A stretch of DNA of 64,000 nt from Acidobacteriota bacterium (lineage in GTDB: Bacteria > Acidobacteriota > Terriglobia > Terriglobales > Acidobacteriaceae): assembly GCA_021806005.1 (NCBI GenBank), contig JAJZDM010000004.1, positions 948-64,947 of the forward strand, read 5' to 3'. The notes beneath the pieces were generated by a model, which worked only from the letters and a program-made list of their open reading frames with translations, made no database searches and had not been told where the DNA came from. The position numbers and the translations under genes were made by a program. How positions within the stretch are numbered: position 1 is the first letter of the stretch; each line of letters starts with the position of its first letter. Shown here piece by piece: positions 46,960-56,134 of this stretch.

Positions 46960-47976
46960 CTAGGGTAAGAAGGCGAAGGTAATGTACAGATCGATCAGTC
47001 CAATCACTGTACCGATCCCTCCCGTGGAGAGCAGCTCCTTCATGGGTACGACGGGCAGGTAGACGATGTCGTTGGGCTCGAGGATGGGATCAGGCGCCTT
47101 TCCATCCAGCACCTTCTTGATGTTGTAGATCGCGACGGTGCGATGGTCTCCAACGGTACGGATGATGCGAAGATCGGAGGACTTGCCCTCCCATTTGATG
47201 CCCCCGCTGAGAGCGGTTGCCTCAGTAAGGGTCAAGGGAGTATAGGAGTTGAGGGCAATCGTCCCTCCGGGGGTGCCGAAGGCGCCGAACATGTAGACGA
47301 TCCCGATGCGCGAGACCACGATCGTATCTCCGGGAAAGATGGGGATGTTGCCCAGCTTGCTGCTCATGGGATCGGTTCCCAGATCAACGACGATCGGATG
47401 GGCGACTCCGGGCCGGTCGATGGTGATGACATGGCTGGCGGTTGGCGGCAGGCCTCCGGCTGCGGAGAGCACATCCAGCAGGCGGCGCGTGCCAACCACC
47501 GGAACGACCTGATGAATCTCGCCGATGACGGTGACCACCGCGTTGGGACCCTCTGCGATTTGAAGGGTTATCTGGGGATTGCGGTACATGCCATCGGCTT
47601 CAAGCTTCTCGGCGATGAGTCTCTCCGCCTGGGTAACGGTGAGCCCTTCCAGGTGCACAATGCCGATGAGAGGCAGCAGCACCGTTCCATCATTGTTGAT
47701 CCGCACGACGGGCGAATACGAAGAGTCAGAGAACAGGCGGATGGTGATGTTGTCCCCGGCGGTAAGGACGATATCCTGCTCGCTGGGGTAGAGGATGGCC
47801 TTGTCGGTGGTCGGCTTGAGTGTCTGGTTATAGGCTGAAGTGCTGGATGTAGCCGGACCGCTGAACTGAGCCCGGGACGTCTTCGGACAGGCTGTTGCGA
47901 GCAAGAGTGCGATGCACAGAGCCGTCAGACGGATGTGCCCATGGGCAGGACAAGAAGGATGGCGCGGGTGGTTCAT
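46960..47976 (-). CDS. Polysaccharide export protein (Wza-like; Poly_export + SLBB domains)
   Basis: Lipoprotein-like signal ...LLLATACPK; LTAGDNITIRLF...INNDGTVLLPLIGIVHLEGLTVTQAERLIAEKL. ATG at 47976 overlaps the wzc-like stop (ATGA). Confidence 0.85.
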   Translation of the reverse strand: MNHPRHPSCPAHGHIRLTALCIALLLATACPKTSRAQFSGPATSSTSAYNQTLKPTTDKAILYPSEQDIVLTAGDNITIRLFSDSSYSPVVRINNDGTVLLPLIGIVHLEGLTVTQAERLIAEKLEADGMYRNPQITLQIAEGPNAVVTVIGEIHQVVPVVGTRRLLDVLSAAGGLPPTASHVITIDRPGVAHPIVVDLGTDPMSSKLGNIPIFPGDTIVVSRIGIVYMFGAFGTPGGTIALNSYTPLTLTEATALSGGIKWEGKSSDLRIIRTVGDHRTVAIYNIKKVLDGKAPDPILEPNDIVYLPVVPMKELLSTGGIGTVIGLIDLYITFAFLP

Positions 47977-50246
47977 TCGCTGTCTCCTCCCCGGGAATCC
48001 TGGTTGGCGGAGCGGTCCTCGCCTCCGAGCGGGGAATCTTTCCTTGCCTCTCCGCTCCTGGGCTCCCATCCGGAGCTGTCTACGCCAGCGGCTGCGTAGC
48101 CGGTATATCCGTAATAACCGTAGTAGGCATAGTACTCCGGGCTGTTCAGGTCCACGGCGTTCAGGACGACTCCTGTGACGGGAGCTCCGGCGCGGACCAG
48201 AAGGTCGCGTGCCCGCCGCATGGCATGCTTGCTGGATTTGCCATGGCGCACGATCATCACCACGGCATCGGCTTGCTGGGAGAGCATGACGCTATCGGTC
48301 ACGGAGAGCAAGGGTGGCGAGTCCATCACGATGTGGGTGTAGATTCCTTTGCAGCGTTCGATGAGCTGCCGCATGGTCTCGGAGCCAAGCATCTCGGTGG
48401 GGAAGGGCGGAACCGGTCCGCTGACCAGCACATCCAGTTGCGGAATCTCTGGAACGGTCTGAATGGCCTTTTCCAGGCTGGCGCTTCCGGTGAGCACGGA
48501 GGTGAGACCTATCTTTCCGTTCAGGCCGAAGCGGTGATGCACCGTTGGCCGACGCAGATCGGCATCGATGAGCAGCACGCGCACGTTGCGCTGTGCGAGG
48601 ACACAGGCAAGGTTGATGGATACGGTGGTTTTGCCCTCTGAGGGCGTGGCGCTGGTGAGCAGGATGATCTTCGGTTCTCCGCCGGCCACCGACAAGAGCA
48701 GGGATGTGCGCAGGGCGCGGAAGGCCTCAGAGAACTGAGACTTGGGGTTGGACAGGGTGCCCAGATTACGCATGGTCGTGGAGACGGCGGTCTGGTCCGC
48801 GACGCTTCTGCGGGCGCGTGGAACAAGGGCCAGGGAGGGGAGTCCGGAGACCGACTCGATCTCCGAGACGCTGCGCAGCCCGGTATCGAGGCTATCCAGG
48901 ATGAAGGCCAGGATGACGCCAAAGATCGTCATCACGAAGGCGTCTACGGTGACGATGTTGGAGCGTGGTCTGAGGGTGGGGCCCAGCGGAGGATAGGCCG
49001 GATCGATCGGTTCGATCTCGGTTGATTCGAGCCCGGCCTCTACCCCGGCGGTACGCAGGCGTTGCTCCAGGCTGTCGTAGAGAGTGCGGTTGGCCTCGTA
49101 CTCGCGCTGCCGCAAGGTATATTGCAGCATGTCGTCGCGTAGCTGGTAGGCAACCTCCTTTTCGTTATCGAGGGCCGCGTTGGTCTGGTCCTCCATCGCC
49201 TTGGAGGCTAGATAAGCCTGCTTGGACTCGCTGAGGATGCGGGCCTCTTCGATGACGATCTCCTTTTGCAGCTCAGCCATCTGATTCTGTATGGCGATCA
49301 CCTTTGGGTTATTGGGTCCGTAGGTGGTGGTGAGCTGGGCCAGGTTGGTGCGGGCAGAGTTGATCTGGCCGCGCAGGGAGGAGATGTTACTGGGAGCGTA
49401 GGCGTTTCCTGCCTGGTCCAGGGTGCTCGGATCCATGCTGGAGAGCACCTGGTAGTGTGTCTGCGCCTGGATCCGGGCCAGTTTCGCGGCTCCGGCGGCT
49501 TTGTTCAGGTCGTCCAGCGTGGACGTGATCTGGTTATCCCTCGGATCGAATCCAAGGACACCCAGCTTCTTCTGCAACTCCAGCATCTGTTCCTGGGAGG
49601 TCTCAACCTGCTGCCTCAGATCATCGAGCTGGGTGGAGAAGAAGTTTGCGACGCGCCTGGTGGCGTCGGCGCGGGACTGGAAGCTGTGCTCAATGTAGTC
49701 CTGCACCAACTGGTTGACGATGCTGGCGGAGAGTTGAGCGTTGGCGGTCCTGCATCCGATCACGACGAGGTCCGTCTTGGGGATCACATTGACGGAGATA
49801 TCCCGTTGCAGAGCCCCCACGACGCGCTGCCGGACGACCGGGTCGTCGACGTTCTGATAGGTTTGGGAGGGTCCCATGAACGCGGGATCATTGGCCAGGT
49901 TGCGATCCCGCGCCACGGTGAGCAGCAGCGACTGGCTGGTGAGAATGGCGACTTCTGTCGGCAACGAGTTGGCGTTGGGTCCTCCCCCGCCTCCGACGCG
50001 ATACTCGTTGGAGGCGCCGGCTCGAATCTCGATGGTTCCAGAGGCGTCATACAGCCGCGGTTGGGTTGTGCCCTGGTAGAAACCATAGGCAGCGCCGAGC
50101 ACAGCCGCTGCAATGATCAACTTCTTGTGGGTGCGGAGCGTGACCCACGCCTCGGACAAGGTCGCGTCGGCGGCACTCTGGGCGGTGCCTGGGGGAGCCG
50201 CGGTGGGGTCAGCCTCCGTCGGCAATCGCTCAAATGAGGAACTCAT
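47973..50246 (-). CDS. Polysaccharide co-polymerase / tyrosine autokinase (Wzc/GumC-like)
   Basis: Wzz-type N-terminal TM, coiled-coil periplasmic region, second TM, Walker A SATPSEGKTT, and C-terminal Tyr cluster PEYYAYYGYYGYTGY. Confidence 0.9.
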   Translation of the reverse strand: MSSSFERLPTEADPTAAPPGTAQSAADATLSEAWVTLRTHKKLIIAAAVLGAAYGFYQGTTQPRLYDASGTIEIRAGASNEYRVGGGGGPNANSLPTEVAILTSQSLLLTVARDRNLANDPAFMGPSQTYQNVDDPVVRQRVVGALQRDISVNVIPKTDLVVIGCRTANAQLSASIVNQLVQDYIEHSFQSRADATRRVANFFSTQLDDLRQQVETSQEQMLELQKKLGVLGFDPRDNQITSTLDDLNKAAGAAKLARIQAQTHYQVLSSMDPSTLDQAGNAYAPSNISSLRGQINSARTNLAQLTTTYGPNNPKVIAIQNQMAELQKEIVIEEARILSESKQAYLASKAMEDQTNAALDNEKEVAYQLRDDMLQYTLRQREYEANRTLYDSLEQRLRTAGVEAGLESTEIEPIDPAYPPLGPTLRPRSNIVTVDAFVMTIFGVILAFILDSLDTGLRSVSEIESVSGLPSLALVPRARRSVADQTAVSTTMRNLGTLSNPKSQFSEAFRALRTSLLLSVAGGEPKIILLTSATPSEGKTTVSINLACVLAQRNVRVLLIDADLRRPTVHHRFGLNGKIGLTSVLTGSASLEKAIQTVPEIPQLDVLVSGPVPPFPTEMLGSETMRQLIERCKGIYTHIVMDSPPLLSVTDSVMLSQQADAVVMIVRHGKSSKHAMRRARDLLVRAGAPVTGVVLNAVDLNSPEYYAYYGYYGYTGYAAAGVDSSGWEPRSGEARKDSPLGGEDRSANQDSRGGDSE

Positions 50247-50458
50247 TAAGTTCCTAGTCTACGCGAAGAGAATACCTTGGCAAACTGCTTTTCCGGTCTG
50301 TTCTGGCGGGGTTCGGGGGTGTTCTGGGGGGTGACCTGGGCCCGGCTGGGAAGGCCAGCCTGGCTTCGGAAAAAAAGGGGATCTGAGGCGAGATCGGGAG
50401 GGGAAGGATGGCTCTGTAATAATGGAAAAGCAAGCATTTTCTCTGGTGAGTTCGCTCG

Positions 50459-51862
50459 ATGATGGAACCGATTCGGATTGTAGTGGTGGGGTCCGGCTAT
50501 GTTGGCCTGGTTGCCGCCGTATGTTTCGCCGAGATGGGACATTCGGTGATTTGCGTGGACAACGATGACCGCAAGGTGGCGGCTCTGGAGGGTGGAGACA
50601 CCCTGATACACGAGAAGTACCTGCCGGAGCTCCTTGCGAGAAACCGTTATCAGCGGGTAAGGTTCCAGACCGACCTGGGCGAAGCGGTACGTCACTGTCA
50701 AGCGATCTTTGTCGCGGTTGGAACTCCCCAGGCGGAGAATGGGGACGCAGATCTGTCTTACGTTGAAGCGGTGGCCGGGGAGATTGCGCGTTCCATTGAT
50801 GGCTACAAGGTCATCATTGAAAAGAGCACGGTTCCGGTCTACACGAACGAATGGATACGGCGGGTGATCGAGCGCAACGGTGTACGCCGTGATGCGTTCG
50901 ATGTGGTCTCCAACCCGGAGTTTCTGCGTGAAGGCTCCGCCGTGGAGGATTTTCTGCATCCCGACAGGATCGTCGTGGGAGCCGACAGCGAGCGTGCATC
51001 CGCACTGTTGAGCGCCATCTACGCTCCCCTGACCAGCGGAGAGTACTATCAGCGCGGGGATTCGATTCCCGGCTGCTGTTCCGTGCTGCAGCCACCTCCT
51101 CTGTTGCTTACCTCGACCAAGAGCGCAGAGATTATCAAGCACGCCTCGAACGCCTATCTGGCGCTCAAGATCTCCTTCATCAATGCAGTCTCCAATCTTT
51201 GTGAGGCGGTGGACGCCAACGTGGAGCAGGTAGCTAAAGGTATGGGGCTGGACTCGCGCATCGGCCCGAAGTTTTTGCGACCGGGCATCGGTTACGGCGG
51301 CTCCTGTTTTCCCAAGGACATCGCCGCCTTCCGTTCGGTGGCGGAGCAGATGGGAGTGGACTTCACGCTGCTCAGCGAGGTGGAGAAGATCAACACGCAG
51401 CAAAAGAAGAGGTTTCTGAGCAAGGTGCGGTCTGCGCTGTGGACGTTGCGCGGCAAGAGGCTTGCGGTTCTCGGGTTGGCCTTCAAGGGAGATACGGATG
51501 ATATCCGCGAGTCTCCGGCGATTGACCTGATCGAGATGCTGCTCGGGGAGGGATGTGTCGTGGTGGCCTACGATCCGGCAGCGATGAAGCGGGCGCAGGC
51601 AGAGCTGCCCGCATCTGCGCAGATGATGTATGCGGAGAGCGTGGAGGCGGCTGCCGCAGATGCCGATGCGCTGCTGATTCTTACCGACTGGCGGGAGTTT
51701 GCCCAGATCGATCTTGCGGCTCTGCGGCGTCTGCTGCGCTATCCGATCGTGATCGACGGCCGCAACCTCTATGATCCGCAACAGATGCTGGACGCCGGCT
51801 TCACGTATTTGAGTATTGGCCGTCCGTCTGCAACTCCCATGCGGGACGTAGCGCATGTCTGA
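50459..51862 (+). CDS. ugd: UDP-glucose 6-dehydrogenase
   Basis: IVVVGSGYVGLVAAVCFAEMGH...GYGGSCFPKD catalytic Cys motif. Confidence 0.93.
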   Translation: MMEPIRIVVVGSGYVGLVAAVCFAEMGHSVICVDNDDRKVAALEGGDTLIHEKYLPELLARNRYQRVRFQTDLGEAVRHCQAIFVAVGTPQAENGDADLSYVEAVAGEIARSIDGYKVIIEKSTVPVYTNEWIRRVIERNGVRRDAFDVVSNPEFLREGSAVEDFLHPDRIVVGADSERASALLSAIYAPLTSGEYYQRGDSIPGCCSVLQPPPLLLTSTKSAEIIKHASNAYLALKISFINAVSNLCEAVDANVEQVAKGMGLDSRIGPKFLRPGIGYGGSCFPKDIAAFRSVAEQMGVDFTLLSEVEKINTQQKKRFLSKVRSALWTLRGKRLAVLGLAFKGDTDDIRESPAIDLIEMLLGEGCVVVAYDPAAMKRAQAELPASAQMMYAESVEAAAADADALLILTDWREFAQIDLAALRRLLRYPIVIDGRNLYDPQQMLDAGFTYLSIGRPSATPMRDVAHV

Positions 51863-51936
51863 TCTGTGCCGCGGAGTGTGGTGAGAGGGCGAATGGAAGC
51901 CGGGATGGCAAAGAGCTTGAGAAAGGTGGTTTGCAG

Positions 51937-52911
51937 ATGGCGGTTCAACTGGCCCTGGTAACAGGCGCCGCAGGATTTCTGGGTTCTCACCTGTGCGATC
52001 GGTTGCTGGAAGATGGATTTCAGGTTGTTGGAGTGGATAACCTTTCCACCGGCAAAATGGAAAATATCGCGCATCTTGAGCACGAGCCTCGTTTTCTCTT
52101 TGAGCAGGTGGACATCACCCGGCCCTTTGACGTGGGCCGGGTCGATTATGTCTTCAACTTTGCGTCTCCTGCGAGCCCTGTGGAGTATCTGCGTCTGGGT
52201 ATTGAGACCCTGCAGGTGGGTTCGACGGGAACCTTCAACACGCTGGAGATCGCAAGAAAGTACGGCGCCGGCTATCTTCACGCCTCCACGTCGGAGTGCT
52301 ACGGTGATCCTCTGGTACATCCGCAGGTGGAGTCGTATTGGGGCAATGTGAATCCTGTTGGCCCGCGCTCAGTGTATGACGAGGCCAAGCGCTTTTCCGA
52401 GGCTGCGGTCACCGCCTACTGCCGATACTACGGCGTGAACACGCACCTGGTGCGGATCTTCAATACCTATGGGCCGAGACTGCACCCCGGCGACGGACGA
52501 CTGATCTCAAACTTCATGATGCAGGCTCTGCGCGGAGAGCCGCTCACGATCTACGGGGATGGTTCGCAGACCCGTAGCCTGTGCTACTGCACGGATCTGA
52601 TTGATGGCATTCTGCGGCTGTCCAGGAGTGAGATTCACGATCCGGTGAACATCGGCAACCCGGAGGAGTGGACCGTGCTGCAGTGTGCCCGCGAGGTGCA
52701 GGCTGTGGCTGGGAAGGCAATGGGGGCGACTTCCAGCAGCGAACTGGTCTTCAAGCCGCTTCCGCAGGATGATCCTACCCGCCGCCGGCCGGACATTACG
52801 CGTGCCAGGAATCTGCTGGGATGGGCCCCAACGATCAGCCTGCGTGAGGGGCTCGAGCGCTCGCTGACCTACTTCCTGACCTGTCTGAACGAGGAAAAGG
52901 CCAAGGCATAG
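51937..52911 (+). CDS. UDP-glucuronate decarboxylase (UDP-xylose synthase), extended SDR
   Basis: ALVTGAAGFLGSHLCDRLL...STSECYGDP...YDEAKR...RIFNTYGPR. ATG at 51937 (the track ORF starts at TTG 51931). Confidence 0.88.
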   Translation: MAVQLALVTGAAGFLGSHLCDRLLEDGFQVVGVDNLSTGKMENIAHLEHEPRFLFEQVDITRPFDVGRVDYVFNFASPASPVEYLRLGIETLQVGSTGTFNTLEIARKYGAGYLHASTSECYGDPLVHPQVESYWGNVNPVGPRSVYDEAKRFSEAAVTAYCRYYGVNTHLVRIFNTYGPRLHPGDGRLISNFMMQALRGEPLTIYGDGSQTRSLCYCTDLIDGILRLSRSEIHDPVNIGNPEEWTVLQCAREVQAVAGKAMGATSSSELVFKPLPQDDPTRRRPDITRARNLLGWAPTISLREGLERSLTYFLTCLNEEKAKA

Positions 52912-52981
52912 AGGATCTTTCAGCGCAGGAAGGTGTGAGACCCAGTGAGTCTGCTTTCCTGGCTTGATCCAGGGGCCGGGA

Positions 52982-53020
52982 GCTTCGGTTGAGCGCTCCT
53001 GGGGAGGGTTCAACCGAAGC
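52982..53020. terminator. 11-bp perfect hairpin between convergent uxs-like and wzi-like genes (no U-tract)
   Basis: GCTTCGGTTGA-N17-TCAACCGAAGC. Confidence 0.4.
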
Positions 53021-53049
53021 GCTCGAAGCCTGCGGCTGACGGCGTCTGC

Positions 53050-55050
53050 TTACTGTGAAGCTGTGCCCGGCCTGCGACCGCCCGTGTGCAACGGCGGGTA
53101 CCATTTGATGCTGAAGGCGATGACGTTGTCGAAGTGCGCACTGTTGCCGGGATTTTCCAGGTAGACGGGCGCCTTCCAGCGTTCGCTCTGCATCCATGCA
53201 TGCAACTGGATGTTTTTGCTCAGGCGCTTGATGACATCCACGGTGTACTGATTCTGCGATGTTCCGCCGGGGATGAAGTCGTTGGTGGTGCGCTTCTTGA
53301 GATACGCGAACTGCACCCACTCATCGCCGGAGAGATGGTAGGTGAGCCACGCCTGCCCGCCCATGGCCTCGCGGCCGATCCAGTCGCCCATGATCATTCC
53401 CTTATTGGTGTAGCCCTGCCTTTGGACCACCTCCCAGTAGTTGAGCGATCCGTGCGTGCAGGCGGTGGTGGAACAGTTTGTGTTGACACCTTCCACCCTG
53501 AGGTCCAGACGGGGAACTCCGGGAATCTGGGAGAGATAGATTCCAGGCCGATACGCGGCGCGACGGGGCGCGCTGACGGGAGATACATCATCGTGCGAGA
53601 TGGAGTCCGTATAGAGGGTGAGATGGCGGCGGACAAAGGGTAGCCGCCAGGAGAAGCTGAAGTCGCTGAAGCGTGCTCCGGGGTCGTTGACCGAGTACTT
53701 CAGCGCCTGGTTCGTGTCGCTGATGGAGAACATGCTGTTCAGGAAGGTGTGCAGGTTGATGGGTTGATCGCAGGGATAGACGGACCCATTGGCCGCCAGG
53801 CAACCGTGGCCATGTCCGCCCCAGATGACAGTGCGCTGGAAGGCGAACTGGAAGTTGGAGGTAGGGGCGAAGCTGAACATCTCCGAGTGCACCCATGGTT
53901 CGTTGGGGGCGGTGTGGCCCTTGAGCGAACCGACCAGAAGGTCATAGCGCATGGGTCCCAGGACGCGCGAGAGCAAGGGAACGTAGAGCGGCTCGATACG
54001 GTTGATGCGGAGCGAGTAGACATCTTCAGCGTTGTTGCTCCAGTTCATGGCGCCGCCATAGCCGGGGCCATCCCAGGAGTCTGACTTGCCCAGCGAGATC
54101 TCATGACTGAGCACGTGGAAGGAGAGATTGGCTTCCTGCAGGCGGAAGTAGTTCTGCGCAGGGATGAAGCCGGCCGGGATCGTCGCCTGATTCAGGTTGT
54201 AGCCGGAGTAGGGGATCTCGTCGATGTTGGAGAGCGTCTCCGCCAGGCCGTTGGGGGCCAGCGGGTTTCCCGAAGGAGTGGTGGAGTAGCCCTCTCCGGA
54301 GGGTGAGAATTCATACTCGCCACGCACATAGAGAGAGAACCTTCCGTACTCATTGAGAGTGGCGAAGCCGGTGATGTTGTTGAAGCCGGGCTCATAAGGG
54401 CGGCCATAGTCGTTGGCGATGGTCTGGCCGATATGGAAGCTGTCTCGCAGCGTCTGGCCGCCGATGCCCATCATGCGGGTGTAGACCGACTGCACGCCAT
54501 AGACGTTGCCGCGGTACAGGTGCACGGGTTTGGAGAGATCTTCAGCGCCCTCGGAGGCGAGGTAGTCATCCAGCCGGGAGAGCAGATCGATGGCCTGGTC
54601 ATTGCCGCTGGCTACAATGGCGGGAGCCGACTGCTCCAACATGTGCAGAAGACTGCGCCGGGTCCATGGCCGCATGTTGATGAAGGCCGTGTCCAGAAAG
54701 CCCATCGAGTACAGCCGCAGCGCCATGGGGTACACGATGCTGTCTACGGGAATGTAAGCCGAGCCCAGGACGTCCCCGTGCGGCCGTTGAATCTTTGGGG
54801 CGTACGGGGGCAGTGCCGGCTGCGTGGCGGCGGAGATAGGCACCGCAGGCGGCAGGGCAGGATAGGATACGGTGGGGTTCTGGGTGGAGGGAGCGGGCGA
54901 CACCGCAGGCTGTTGCGATGCCGGCGCGGGAACAGGGGGCGCAACCTGCTGCTGGCCTCTGGCAGCAGGGCCCGCGAGCAGAAAGAGGGAGATAGCTGCG
55001 CCCGTACAGATGCAGGGGACGATGCGCCCAGGAACTCCGGGGAAGGACAT
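53050..55050 (-). CDS. Large outer-membrane protein, capsule-assembly Wzi-family-like
   Basis: Signal peptide and Pro/Ala/Gln-rich linker. YIPVDSIVYPMALRLYSMGFLDTAFINMRPWTRRSLLHMLEQ resembles the Wzi N-terminal helical region. The C-terminus is rich in beta-strands and aromatics, ending ...IKWYPPL... Start is ATG 55050 or TTG 55113. Confidence 0.5.
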   Translation of the reverse strand: MSFPGVPGRIVPCICTGAAISLFLLAGPAARGQQQVAPPVPAPASQQPAVSPAPSTQNPTVSYPALPPAVPISAATQPALPPYAPKIQRPHGDVLGSAYIPVDSIVYPMALRLYSMGFLDTAFINMRPWTRRSLLHMLEQSAPAIVASGNDQAIDLLSRLDDYLASEGAEDLSKPVHLYRGNVYGVQSVYTRMMGIGGQTLRDSFHIGQTIANDYGRPYEPGFNNITGFATLNEYGRFSLYVRGEYEFSPSGEGYSTTPSGNPLAPNGLAETLSNIDEIPYSGYNLNQATIPAGFIPAQNYFRLQEANLSFHVLSHEISLGKSDSWDGPGYGGAMNWSNNAEDVYSLRINRIEPLYVPLLSRVLGPMRYDLLVGSLKGHTAPNEPWVHSEMFSFAPTSNFQFAFQRTVIWGGHGHGCLAANGSVYPCDQPINLHTFLNSMFSISDTNQALKYSVNDPGARFSDFSFSWRLPFVRRHLTLYTDSISHDDVSPVSAPRRAAYRPGIYLSQIPGVPRLDLRVEGVNTNCSTTACTHGSLNYWEVVQRQGYTNKGMIMGDWIGREAMGGQAWLTYHLSGDEWVQFAYLKKRTTNDFIPGGTSQNQYTVDVIKRLSKNIQLHAWMQSERWKAPVYLENPGNSAHFDNVIAFSIKWYPPLHTGGRRPGTASQ

Positions 55051-55192
55051 GCATTGAGTGTACTGGGAATTTCCCCTTTTGGGCCTGGGTTTGCCCGGCG
55101 CAAAATGGACCAAAAAGGGAAAGTTCTCGTGGGCGGAGTGTCTTCTGAAGAGAGAGCTTCTTGTGGCGCAGGGCTGAGCGGATGACGCGAAC

Positions 55193-55939
55193 TCAGGGTT
55201 TGAGAGAGATCTTCCGCACGGCCATGTAGCGGCGCAGTCGCGCGAGAGGCTGGGCGGAGAGCGGCATCCGGTGGATCTCGGCCGGGGAAGTCATCGTGGC
55301 CCAAAGGAGCGCGGGTCCGTCGCCTGTGCGCGCTCGCAGCACGGACTCCTGTATCACGCGATAGACCGCGACGGCGTCTTCGCCGTCGACGGTCAGCACG
55401 GGCAGCTTCCATCGCCGGGCGAGCGCGGTGAGGGCGGTATAGGTCAGGGGAGTCTGTCTGCGCGGGCCGGGACGGGCAGGTGCAGCCGCGGTGGAATCGA
55501 GGCAGACGGTGAGCAAGGGCAGGCGGGAGGTGCAGGCCCACTCGAGCGCCTGCTTCCAGGTGGGCTGGAGGGAGCCGGCGCGGCAGAAAGAGATTGCAAC
55601 GCCATGACTGCCCGCAACCTGCAGACCCCGCGCGGCGGCAGCACCGAGAAGCAGACGGGAGTGGGCGGCGTCGCCAGCCAGCGTTGCGGTGAGCAGGCTG
55701 GCGTAGGTTTGGCCGGCATCTCTCCGGCCTTCGCGCACCGAAGCCAGTTCGACGATGGTGCGGTCCTCCGGCTCTGGGTTGACCAGGTCGCCGGGCTGGA
55801 GGTGGATGGCGGTTGCAGCCAGCAGTGCCTCGCGGAGCGTGCCCTTCTGCCGCTGCACGCGCTCCAAGGTGCGGCAGCGCAGCATGAGGGCGTGCAGTTC
55901 ACGGAGCTTGCTATGGGGTAAGAGCGGATTCTCAGCCAA
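55193..55939 (-). CDS. Short E1-alpha-like (TPP-dependent dehydrogenase E1 component) protein with degenerate cofactor motif
   Basis: LHALMLRCRTLE..., ...GVAISFCRAGSLQ-x-LPLLTVCLDS (RAG-X25-DS where GDG-X25-NN is expected), ...VDGEDAVAVYRV...ARTGDGPALLW. TTG start with no clear SD. Confidence 0.5.
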   Translation of the reverse strand: MAENPLLPHSKLRELHALMLRCRTLERVQRQKGTLREALLAATAIHLQPGDLVNPEPEDRTIVELASVREGRRDAGQTYASLLTATLAGDAAHSRLLLGAAAARGLQVAGSHGVAISFCRAGSLQPTWKQALEWACTSRLPLLTVCLDSTAAAPARPGPRRQTPLTYTALTALARRWKLPVLTVDGEDAVAVYRVIQESVLRARTGDGPALLWATMTSPAEIHRMPLSAQPLARLRRYMAVRKISLKP

Positions 55940-56010
55940 GCCGGAGGGCCTTTCGAAGAGGACGGTAGAGAGATCCTGCAGCGGGTGGGTATCCCGGAGC
56001 GAGATGGCAG

Positions 56011-56036
56011 GGGCGTCTTCGGTGGAGAAGACGCCC
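56011..56036 (-). terminator. 10-bp hairpin about 100 nt downstream of aceE (GGGCGTCTTC-N6-GAAGACGCCC); no U-tract
   Basis: Read directly. Confidence 0.35.
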
Positions 56037-56134
56037 TGTCATGCAAGCCTCAGGAGACATCGGCAGCGAGATGACTCCAGCGATGATGATATCGAACCTG
56101 GCGGGGGCTGCGCTGGACGCAGAGCCGAAATGCG

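Noticed and set aside
50246-51856. 536-aa minus-strand ORF
   Set aside because: It is antisense to the clearly identified UDP-glucose dehydrogenase gene, and its Arg/His/Leu-rich composition is typical of antisense frames.
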